A stretch of DNA of 64,000 nt from Ramazzottius varieornatus. Lineage: Eukaryota > Animalia > Tardigrada. Made by a program: the position numbers and the translations under genes. Shown piece by piece: positions 1 through 18,868 of the stretch. Position 1 is the first letter of the stretch. The number at the start of each line of letters is the position of its first letter. Location: the NCBI GenBank assembly GCA_001949185.1, contig BDGG01000002.1, forward strand, positions 4,516,448-4,580,447, written 5' to 3'. Below the pieces are notes generated by a model that was given only the letters and a program-made list of their open reading frames with translations, searched no databases and was not told the origin of the DNA.

Positions 1-871
1 TCGATTTCGAATACGCTTCGGTTTGGAGGGCTTTGATCAAAATGAGCATTGGAACACAGAATGAGGAGAACTACATGTCCAGGAGGACGTTACAATTTTA
101 GATCCGGAGGTGAGGGGACGATTTTCATTTCTCGGTTCACGATCAGAAATTCCGCGGTCTTCGAGCAGTTGTCGGTAGCGCTGTCGTCATGGACAAGCTT
201 GTTAAGTACGGCGAAACGCACGCGCGGTTTTTGGACAAAACTAGGTATCTCGAAATAAATGGATCTTTATAAAGCATAGAAATACTGAAGTGTGAATACC
301 ATGTTGCCGGTACTCTGCTGAATCACAGCTTTAATTAAATTTCTGATAAAGTTCCTGGTTGCCGATTATCGGGGGTTCGGTACGAGTGCCTCGTCTGACC
401 AGACCGAAACGTGTTTGACTTCCGGCTGAAGATCGTTGCCAGTGACAGTGGCGACCGTCTTAGACGGACAGTTGAGCCATGACGGGTCTTCAGTCAGGTC
501 TCAAACAACTAATCATGGTCATTCGGATTAACAGCAGTCGTAATTGTGTTGGTCCGGTACGCAGTTACGCCGTACACCAGACTCGATCTTCGAAATTTGA
601 ACTTAGCTTGCCATCGAAGAAATCAGTCCGAAACGCTACAGTTGCTGACATTTGATAGAAATCCGAATTCTGAACTGTTGACTGTTGTTGTGTCATCCTG
701 CGTCTTTATAATCAGCCATCAGGTCTGACGTTCAGTAAAAGCCGAGTGACTGGCACCTGTTTCGAAGCCGCGCTTCGGTCAATTAAGATCATTAATTACT
801 GGTTACAACTCACAAAAACTTCGGAATTAGAAATATCGACAGCAAAAGTATAAAAAAGAGGGGGAAACCAG

Positions 872-9098
<8,227 letters not shown>

Positions 9099-10455
9099 AT
9101 TGCGTCATCATCTCTCATAATACAATATTCCGAGTAACCAGGATCTACAATATCACGCGGAGTTAGGAATAACATAAATGAACCTCGGTAGCAGGGTAAC
9201 AAAGGCAGCTCTCTTGTCGGGGGTTCTCGATCGAACGAGCGGTGGTGCGCAGAGCCAGTTGTGGACTCTTCAGCGGAAATGGATGGGACAATAGGCTCAA
9301 GGACCACTCTGTCGATGTCAACTACAGCATTAGGGGGAGAAAATCCCTTTTCAAGCCTGATGTTCACGTCAAGTGGACTCTGAAAAGGCAAAATGTTCAG
9401 ACAGTGGCTGGCTCGACGTTGGGCGCGTAATGCTAAAGAAATAATCAACTTGATAAATGACTACAAACAGGCAACTCTCAAGCCGTATATCATGCCGCGA
9501 TCTTCCACCATCATGGCAGTCCGCCTTTGATCTTTGCTGAATGCCTAGTATGCACAAGACAACATAAGCTTACATGTATGGATGGGGATGCTGTACGGGT
9601 TCTCCGTGGCATCAGTTCCCGCCCGTTGAGCTCTCCGTGTTATCAGCATTCCAATAGGCTTAGGGCGCTATGGCATCGGGATCAGCCTGTGAAAGGCCAC
9701 ACCATCGAAGTCCTTCTGCCAGTTCACTGCAACATACACTATCCGGATTCAGATAAGCTCCATGCTGTTCATACAGAAGATTACACAGAATACGAGCAAT
9801 GTTGCCTACAGGTCATAAAGATGTTCTTGATATGTGTGCCTGGATCCGGATGGGATTCGAGGCGAGAATGAGTTTTGTATCACAACCTCTACACATTCGA
9901 CGATTCCTGCAACATACAATTCAGGAACTACCCGGGACTTTAGATACATTTACAGCGGACTTTTTAAATTACTGCAGCAGGACGTAGAAGATGCAGAGCA
10001 GGATGTACATATGTATGATAACTTGCTAGCATTGCCAAACAGGAAACCGAGTCTCCCATAAATTCACCTTTTCATTAATTCATAGGTACTCGATTAACGA
10101 CGGACATTACTCACCCATTTATCCGGTGCGTTAAGTCGTGAAAGTATTTACGTGCATTGTTTTTCTGGGTCTGCAAATAGCAAAAAAGGCCTCGACAAAT
10201 GAACACAAACTAGCTCAAGGCGGACTGACAGAAAATTTTATTCTCTGGTTCAAATGATTGCTATTTTGCCCCAGAGAGGTACGCGTATGTTAAGATAAAT
10301 GGCAGTTTTTTTGTCAAAGTGGATATTCGAATGCGCTTAGCTCCGTGAGCTTATGCTCGCAGATATCGGGAACCGGCGCTATATGTCCCCAACGATGGCG
10401 TCACCTGGGCCTGCTGACGGAACATAGGGAAACATAACATATAAGATCGTCGTCT

Positions 10456-10504
10456 TGAGTGGCGCACCCTTCCGGTCAATACGAATGATTACGTGCGCCA
10501 CTTG
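10456..10504. repeat. Family A core hairpin
   Basis: TTGAGTGGCGCAC-N~24-GTGCGCCACTTG. Confidence 0.5.
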
Positions 10505-10836
10505 ATACCACAATCTTGTGATCCCAGCTCCCATCTTTGATGGCTGTTTGAAATCTTCCAAGCGCTTCAAAATCTCCGACAGTAAGTGCAGCTTTTCGTA
10601 TGGAAAGCTTGCTTAATCTAAGTGGGCTCACAGAGAGTTTGACCCAAAGTGCTGCTACGTTGCACTAACAAGAACTGGTGCGAGTGATCGCGGAAAAACA
10701 GTTTGCTGGATAGAAACTTGGAAAAAGCTAAACCAAATCACGCAATAAAACGACGGTTTGAACTACCCAGCCGACGAATACCTCATGCGTGATGGGAAAT
10801 CTCAGGCAAGGACGCTAGTAATAGTGGGGAATGAGC

Positions 10837-11807
10837 TTACGTTGTCTTTGGCTGTTGTTGGAATCCAATGACGCCGCAAGCCAGGCGACCGCCAGCGCTT
10901 CCGGTCTTCTTGCTTTCTGGAGTGTTTCCTCGACCAAGATCATCGGCTTTCTCGTGGACAACGACGCTGCGTCCGATGATGCTGTTGTTTCCGGAGAGGG
11001 AAAGAACCATGTCCGTCAGATCGACCGTCACTTTTCCACTATCTACAAGGACAAAACGTTTGACTAGAAGATCAATCGAAATTTCAAAATTTGAGTCAGA
11101 AAGATAACACAGAAACCGCAACGAGAAAGAAAAGTTTTCTCCTTCACCACATATACTGTAACTTTCAAGATTGTAGTAACGTATAAACTTACCATCAGCT
11201 TCGACGTTGCCGAGATCGCCAACGTGACGGGTAGAGTCGTCCTTATCGCCGTGCGTCTTCTTCTCCGGGTTGTAGTGGTCTCCGGCGGAAATGCAGCCAT
11301 TGCTCAAGTCACCTGCAAGGAAAAAACCCAAACGTTCGAGCTGGAAACCAGGAAGTTTCTTCATATGTGAAAGGCTGAAAGCATCGACGTACCGAATTCG
11401 TGAACGTGGAAGCCATGTTTGCCTATGGAGGGGAAAAGCAAGTTCTACGCAACATTGTCAGTTTAGTAAGCAAAATCCTCGAGGAGGTTCAGAGTCCTGA
11501 GCTTCATACCACTACGAACCTGGCTTGAGTCCTGCCAAAAAATAACACGGGTCAGTTGCAGACGACAAGAAATGCGGCAGTGGTTCCATTGTTTAACGAT
11601 GGTTATGTACTCCGACGTACCTGTAATTTCTCCGGTGATCTTGACGGGAGAATTCATGCCGTCTTGGGCGAAACGGATAGTCCCTTTGACGTCGTTCTCG
11701 TTTCCAGACATGACAGCGATGGCTTTCATCTGGGCAGCGGAAGAGCGGTGCAGCAGAAGGAAGCCTCCCAGGCACAGAAAGACGGTTGCTGCTGTAAGAC
11801 GAGCCAT
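10837..11807 (-). CDS. Secreted Cu/Zn superoxide dismutase (SOD3-like), 5 exons, 184 aa
   Basis: Exons 11807-11621, 11531-11520, 11422-11393, 11312-11193 and 11042-10837 total 555 nt in frame. Signal peptide [24 protein letters not shown]. All ligand motifs are intact: [54 protein letters not shown]. Confidence 0.96.
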
Positions 11808-12317
11808 GGTTGCTTGACGAAAGGTTCTCTTCACGAAAGATGCAGAACGGGACTGGAATAAGCTATTCTCCGGCGACGGTGAAGGAGAGTGACTTTGCCT
11901 CCGACGCATTAAATATCGGCTTTACGAAGGTTGCAGATCCGTATCCGGATACTGGAATGCGCGCCGACGACCATGAATTTTCGCGGCTCTAGAAGGAAGA
12001 AACAGACAGCAGCTTGTATCGCCGATAACCATCAGTTGTAATCAGCTTTCGGGCCCAGGCAAACAGGATTTCCCCGCGGTCTAACAAAGGAACAAAGACA
12101 ACTTTCTGATTGTAAAAAACAGAAGACAAAGCCATGCTTTGGGGCTTCGGCTTAGCGGTGGACGGATGATTTATTCAGCCTAATATCGAAAATCACGGAA
12201 CTGCCACCTACGACCCGTCGAGGAGCGGTACAACGGGCAATCTTATCATGAGTACGCGAATTTTACCTCTAATGAACAAGAGACCTGGTGTTCGAACGAC
12301 ATTCGGAACGGTATTTT

Positions 12318-12410
12318 TCAAATGGATAATATTGGTCGACTGAGTACCGTTCCAAAGTTGGGCAGCTCTTGAGGTTGCGAAGCCGTTCCGTGTTTTGGAA
12401 ACCATGAAAA
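12318..12410 (-). mobile_element. Possible decayed 3' fragment of a non-LTR retrotransposon (CR1/L2-like ORF2 tail)
   Basis: KTRNGFATSRAAQLWNG resembles the R..FF..R...WN.LP C-terminal signature of CR1/L2-type ORF2. The match is short and degenerate. Confidence 0.3.
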
Positions 12411-12718
12411 AAAGAGCCGACATGCTGGAGAGAAATAGGAGAGGGAAAGTAGAGTCAAAAAGAGGCCATTGCCAATATTCATTCGATCAGCTTTCAGTTC
12501 CTGCGCGCACACCACTATGAGTCCTCTCTGCCTTTTGATCGTTATGTGCCTACGACCTATCCTGTCTGCTTCCTGGCTACTTACTGTCTTCTTATTAAAT
12601 TCTCTGTTTTTGATCCGTTTGATGACTTTTATTCTTTTTCGTTTTTTCTTCGCCTTTACACTGTAGCTGGTCTGGTCGCGCAAAGTCTGCTTTTTGTCGG
12701 GAAGAGGATCACTTTTAA

Positions 12719-12824
12719 GAGTCGGTATTGATCTGCAGACGATAACCATAATTTTCCATGGCAAAAAACAGTGGGTCAATCAGTAACCCATTGGTCAGAA
12801 GACGAGAAACGTCAATACCGACTC
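12719..12824. mobile_element. TTAA-flanked MITE-like element
   Basis: Perfect 19-bp inverted repeat TTTTAAGAGTCGGTATTGA (12713-12731) / TCAATACCGACTCTTAAAA (12812-12830), with TTAA on both sides. Confidence 0.55.
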
Positions 12825-13439
12825 TTAAAATTTTGAAAACTGACACGCCATTGAAAAGATTAAACGCAGACAGGAAAAGAAACACGTGAACGACAGAGTG
12901 CTATCAGTCTGCAAATACGTCAGTTATTAGCCCCGCCCGTCGAAATGATGCGCAATGTGACGAGTGCAGGCAGTCTGCGCGTGTGCGCACCACTTAGTCA
13001 GCTTCCACTCTTGTCACTGTCGGCTTCCGGTAGCTGGCAGTCTTATAGTTGGCAAAAAGTAGAGTATTTTCCTTGGGTTTTGCAGACTGCCACGCGATAG
13101 AACGAAGCCAGCTCCGCAAGGCCGTACTGCGTGAATAAGGATTCTCTATCCATTCCCTTGTAGTTGCTGAAGTCGGGCGGCGGAAGAAATCGACCAGCGC
13201 TCCAGAAACGTATTTTGGATAATTGGGAATGGCCGCCTTGCTGAGAGTCGAGTTAGCCAAGCTTGATTGGCTGTAGAACACGGCACAAGAAGACGCCGTA
13301 TCCGACTGTCAAGAAAAACCTACGGAAAAGGTGAGATGCAAAGAATATACTTTAACTCTAACTTTAACTCTTGCAGTCTAACATAAGACTACGGTGCGGT
13401 AGTTGTGAGCCGAGACGGTCTCCGTAGTTCCACCGGTAC

Positions 13440-14380
13440 CGCTAAATTCCAAGACGATGTCAGCTGAAAATGGCCGGTGTTTTCAGTGGGTACTAGGCTA
13501 CTAGCTCTTCTCGACATTGTAAACTCTTTGCGTTTCCCTGCCATCTCCAGTCGCTCTTCAGCATTTTGGCGAGACGTAAACCGTGGCGAGGACTGTTGAC
13601 GGATGAGGCAGGAACTTTTGTAGGGATGTTCCGTGCAGTGAACTTACCAGCGCTTATTGGATCTGTCAGTGAAACAGCATCCTCCATAATCGACTTGTTT
13701 TCCCTGTGGAGCTGGCTCGTGCTCTTGGGGACAAGTGATCGAACATGAACAGCTGCATCAAATCAAATCAAAATCGAGCTGCATCAAATTGACTCCCGTC
13801 CGCTAAAATTCTTCATGAAAGAGGATTTGTCATGCGTCAGCAGAGACCTGATGGAAAAAATTCTGCGACGATCAGAGCTCAATATGCAGAAGTAAGAAGA
13901 AATCGAGGGCAGCTATACAGTGTCGCCAAGGAGTACGACCATTTCGCGCACAATATCGGGATAACACGTAAGTTAGCTTTGCTGCAGCTGTCTGATACAT
14001 TTTATTTTAATAATGATCAACCTTTCTTTCGAACATCGTTCGTCGTAAGCGTATTTCCTGCTCGTTACTTTATAGGTGGGCATTATACGCAACCCCTCCG
14101 AACACCACCGGGAGCCAAGGCGGAAGAGAGCGAGGTCGATTTAGGCTTTTAGCTATTGCGATCGAACCTTTGGTCAAGTGCGTCCGCCTCCCTTTGATGA
14201 CAGTGGCACAAGTGGAAGATGGCCCGCTGAAGGTATAGAACTTGTTCTTCAATTTCTAGTTGGATGGGAGTCTGATTTTCGCAGGATGGAGTGCTTTCCA
14301 AGACAAATGTTGCGCAGATTATGGAGCAAATCTCTAGTTTGGTCCCACGGAGAAGCAAAAAGAAGAGCTCGGACATCTGA
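13440..14380 (+). pseudogene. BTB/POZ-BACK domain pseudogene
   Basis: BACK-like motifs LHQID..EDLSCVSRDLMEKILRRSELNMQK*EEI and IEPLVKCVRLPLMTVAQVEDGPLK, then after a GT-AG intron DGVLSKTNVAQIMEQ...SDI*. There is an in-frame TAA near 13893, a TGA near 13736, and frameshifts. Confidence 0.6.
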
Positions 14381-15434
14381 ACATTGGAATGTCCGTTGGT
14401 GGCAGCGGTTATATTAATTAAGTGCCTTCAAGTTCAAGTGGATATTGTTCCAGACGTGTTGAACAGACCGGGCACGTGTCGTCGGTTCTTGGAGCTTTGT
14501 CGTGGCTACTCCCGTGTTCAATTCCGCTCGCGTATACGTAGCCTTTCTCAAGACTTTGAAGACAAGCGAGTCTTTGGCGACGACGAGCGATCTCCGTCAT
14601 GTACTGCGCCTCCTTCTTCCGAGAACGAACTGATGTATGACTGGGGAGGTATTGTCTCAGTTCACTACATTCCCACCAAACGCAAGATGGGTGAAAACGG
14701 CCAGGTCGAAGGCAAAGATGAGGCTGAAGCCGGGTGGGATGACAAAGCGGAAGACCTTTCGAGCAACTGTTCGTTACAGGTTATTCCTGGAAACAAGCCT
14801 GGATGGGCTCCAAGTGTCGTGTTCGGTAGACTCAAGAACCCGACTGCTAATGTTGGCAATTAAGCTCGATAGTGTAGCAAGGACCGCAAGGACCGCCCAA
14901 AACAGACACGCTGCTAGGTCTTACAGTGTAAGACAAAATTAACCGTTAAAAATGTAATACTACAGCGGGAGATTATTTACGACTCGGCCAATGAGAATTC
15001 TATTTTGCTGCATGCGCAAATTTCACTGGCTTGATCCATCTGGTTCCATCCAGTACCTATTTTTAACGGTTTATTTTGTCGTACACTGTATATGGTGTTA
15101 GGCGAAGCTGAGCTTCGCATAACAGCTTCAGAAGCTGCTGTATTATTTTCAGTTGTGAAGCCGCCCTAGACGCCACAAACTGCCGAGAGTTGGTGATTAC
15201 GTTCTTCTGCAAGCAGGAACCTTGCGAGCAGCTATAGAGGCTCTGGAACCTAGCGCAGTGATACCAGAAGTTATCCATACATAGGAATACCGATGGCCTC
15301 GGAAGTACAAGTTCATGCTTGTTACGGAGTATGATCAACCAGTTATTCGTATAAGATCGCCGTTCTGTAGTTCTAAAGTAATAAATGCAGATGGAAGAGT
15401 ATGTAAAGCAGGAGTAATTTTGTGAGACTGTTTC

Positions 15435-18091
15435 TTATGCGCGACCCAAAATGCCGCAACTGATGGGTTGTCCCATTCGCATGCCTGGCGCCATCGTGGG
15501 TCTTTTAGACATTCTTTGGAATCGCCTGCGCATACCCTCGTCTCTCATCCGACCCGCGTAATTCGCGTCCACGGGCATGAGACGATCAGGTCGGATTATA
15601 GTCACTCCCTGGACTGCAGCAGTACTAGTATTATTGACCGTCTGGTAGGTGGTACCACTACCATCAGAGCCGCTGATATCGAGACCGTAGACTCCTGTAA
15701 CGATAAGCCAGCCTTTAGTGAAATTCCACACGCCGAGTGTAGTGCGATTTTACAAGAATGCACATATTACCATCCACGGGTTGTCCAGCAACAATTTGGC
15801 GCTTGTTGCGTCTGACACCATATACTGGTCGGATAGCCACGGTTCGTCCATACAGATACCTCGGGTTTCCGCAAGCAGACTCTTCGGGGATGTAAAAGTC
15901 AAAGTTTCCGCGTCCGTTTTCTAGGAAAAGAACCGTGTTTTCCATTCAGACTTTAGACCGAACGGAGCTACAGTAGCATTGACTGAGGTCTCGAAAAAAC
16001 TGCTAAACGTCGACACAGAAGTCAACACCTACCGTCAGTCACGAAGGTTCCGATGACGGCCCCGTTGTAGTCTCGTGCATCACGTCGGCTGGCGGCAGCG
16101 CTGAGAGGACCAGTCTGGCGCTTGTTGCGTCCACGGCGTCCATCTGTGAAAACAAGGAGCATCGTAGTACTGGATAAAGTCGGGGTCCGGGTCGAAATGA
16201 AACGCGCAGCTTCAGCTATGACGTCTTGCACTTGGGTCTCCGCAAGCTAGCGCACTGCATGCTTACAAAAACCTAGGTAACACTTACCGCTTCTAGGCAC
16301 CATTGCTTCCATCTCCACCGGTTCGTAATTGACATCGGGGAACCCTATGAAGCTTGTTGGTTTGAAATGCAGCGGGAGAAATTTTAGGCCAGTACTTCCT
16401 TAGAGCCCGAAACTTAGAATTGCGGAGACCCACAGACTCTTATCCTTCTCGTTTAACGCGCTGTATTTTCAATACGGACCATTAACTGTCAGTGGAAATT
16501 CCCAAGCCCGACGGGTGGATCTTACCTCGTTCTCGCGGTACGTAGTTGTCACCCAAGTACTGTGTGTATCCGGTCGTTACATTGCTTCGTGGGTTAACCA
16601 CTACCACATTGTCAGTCGGGTATCCCGAAACTGGAACGTAGTTGACGGGAACGTAGCCACCGTTATAGTAATTGGTGTTAGTGGTGGCATTGACTACTGT
16701 TTGCAAGGGCAAGAACTTGACGTTGCTTTCATCATTCTGGGTGTTGTTCTGATAGACCACGTGGTCGTTGTTACCAGTTCCCCGAACAGAAACTGGGTTC
16801 AGCTTGTTGTACACTCCATTGGGGTCGTTTCTGTAGTACGAAGTATCGTTACCACTGTAGTCGACGCCGGGAATGAAGAAGGCGACGTTACTGGGTAGAC
16901 CATTCTGATTGTACCCTTGACCAAAGGCTCGTGCTCCGCTGTAGTAAGTTTGGTTGGTGCCATCCTGGTTGACCACGACATAATTACTTCCGTTGGACAC
17001 AGGCTGCAGAACTGCGGTGTTGCCACCACGACCGTAGTTGCCGTACCCGTAGTTGCTCGGGGCGTAGTTGGTGTAGTCGGCTTGGTAGTTGGAGACTGCG
17101 ACCGGTACTGCGTTTTCGATAACGTATGCGGTGGCACCACTAGTACTACCAGTGTTAGTGTTCCCGTTGGGATTCGCAACGCCAATGATGGTACCGTTAG
17201 AGTCGACCAATGCGTGTCGGATGTAGTTGTCACCGGTAGCTTCCGTGTTGACTCCTCCCACGGGAATGTTGCGAAGTCGCATACCCTGACCCAGCTGCGA
17301 GCATCCGCCACTCATGTCACCGAACTGATGGAAGGTTAGGACGTAAGTCTCCGCTACAAAACGACATGCGATTAGCTGGAGAATGTGTATAGGTTCTTGA
17401 TATCCAAATAGAAATTTCAAGAAACGATGATTCAACGTGTCACCGGGTGGACCTATATTTTTCGGCTTTCCTTACCGGGAACAAGAGAACTGACGTTTCC
17501 AGACACCATATAGCCAGATCCGTAAGCACTAACTGGGTAGACAGTGACCACGATCGATCCAGAGCCGCGGTTCCTCATTCGGTCAGCATCACGGTTCCTC
17601 ATTCGGTCAGCATCACGGTTGCGCGATCGGTCAGCATCACGCTTTCCACGGCCACGGTAGTTGTCACGCGAGGTTCCATCGACCACCGCAGTGGCGGTCG
17701 CTGTCGGGACGGCATAGACCACTCCGTCGCTTCCTCGGACATACTGCACAGCTGTGGAACCGGTAGCTGTGGTTCCAGTAGATGTGGTACGTACACCAGT
17801 GTTGTCTGCATTCGTGTTCGTTACTACAACGGTGTCGACGGGGATTGCGGCGTCCTGGACCACGACTAAGACGGTGGTAGCGTCGATGCTGTACGGGGTG
17901 GTGACAGTCACGTTGTTAATTCGTGTGACCGGTGTGACGTAAGCGCCAGAACGCCTGGTTATAGGGGAAAGGAAGACGACTAGGGCCACTATAAGGATAA
18001 GAAGGGCTAAAGTAGAAAAGACTAGACCGTGCTGGCATTTGGTCGTGGTGCTCATTCCTGCGCTTCCGCTCGAATACGTATCACGAGCCAT
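15435..18091 (-). CDS. Type II membrane-anchored, catalytically dead Cu/Zn-SOD-fold protein with three large furin-site loop insertions (~673 aa, 6 exons)
   Basis: Exons 18091-17476, 17353-16526, 16344-16288, 16143-16033, 15920-15771 and 15694-15435 total 2022 nt, all GT-AG and phase 1. SOD motifs appear in order: GSIVVTV..YMVSGNVSSLVPAETYVLTFHQFGDMSGGCSQLG / GAVIGTFVTDENGRGNF / YLYGRTVAIR / GQPISCGILG*. Confidence 0.85.
17568..17639 (-). repeat. 24-bp coding tandem repeat x3 (DADR[S/M]RNR)
   Basis: CGGTTCCTCATTCGGTCAGCATCA repeated on the + strand, directly after the RGKR site in the protein. Confidence 0.85.
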
Positions 18092-18868
18092 GATGGCAAA
18101 TGGATAGGAATCCCTCCAAGAAAGTCAAGGTACAGGAAAAAATGTACCAATCAGCAGAAAATGGGGAATTTGTAAATGTCTACAGTAACATACAGCCCAT
18201 TCGGGTGGCACAGACAATCCAACGCGAAGAGCTTGAAGACTCCAACGTTTTTCCGTTGTCAAATGCCCCAGGCAAGCCTTACTGTTTGTCACCGTACCGT
18301 TGGGGATTCTGGTCTATTGTCTGACAGCGAAGCATATTACCCCCCAGGTATCGCCTGTGGCATTTCCTGAAGTCCCGTACCAAACACTAAAATATACGCA
18401 CGGCAGAGAGCTCAACGAGAAAGACTTGCGTGGTGTTTCTAGCCGACCTGACTTCAGAAGAGAAATCGGTCTATCCCAATTTCTGGTTTGCTTTAGTTTA
18501 CACAACTTGTAGAAGTGGAGGCTGGAAAAGATCGTGTTACTAATAGAGAGCTCGAAACTTCTTTTTCGCGAAGCTGATGCGTAAGTTAATAACAACTTCC
18601 ATTTGAAGATGGGAAAACTGCGAGCGGCTGGTTCTTCGCCCCGCAGCATACAATACCACAAGGCCTTTGGCAATTAACGCAGTCTTTGGCTAGGAGACTT
18701 CCTTACATTGGGACTTTCCAGAAGAAAGCCTTAAGTATTGAACGTCGTGGTTCGAAATTGCTGCCTTTACGCCTGCAACGTTTCGTGACCAAGAAAAAAT
18801 TCTTTTCCAGCAAAAGATGTAAGACGTTCGGTAAACTCCATAACCATATTTCGGCGGTGATGAAAATT

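Noticed and set aside
9527-10061. Overlapping short + strand ORFs upstream of mGluR
   Set aside because: Possibly decayed coding or transposon sequence, but no motif could be identified.
14384-14942. 159-aa and 101-aa + strand ORFs after the BTB pseudogene
   Set aside because: No recognisable motif or splice-supported structure.
15063-15338. LRNKHELVLPR, weakly like a LINE ORF2 tail
   Set aside because: The similarity is too short and the diagnostic WN motif is absent.
17453-18091. RGKR followed by DADRMRNR repeats read as a neuropeptide precursor
   Set aside because: The repeats lack amidation Gly and regular dibasic flanks, and the ORF splices into SOD-fold exons.
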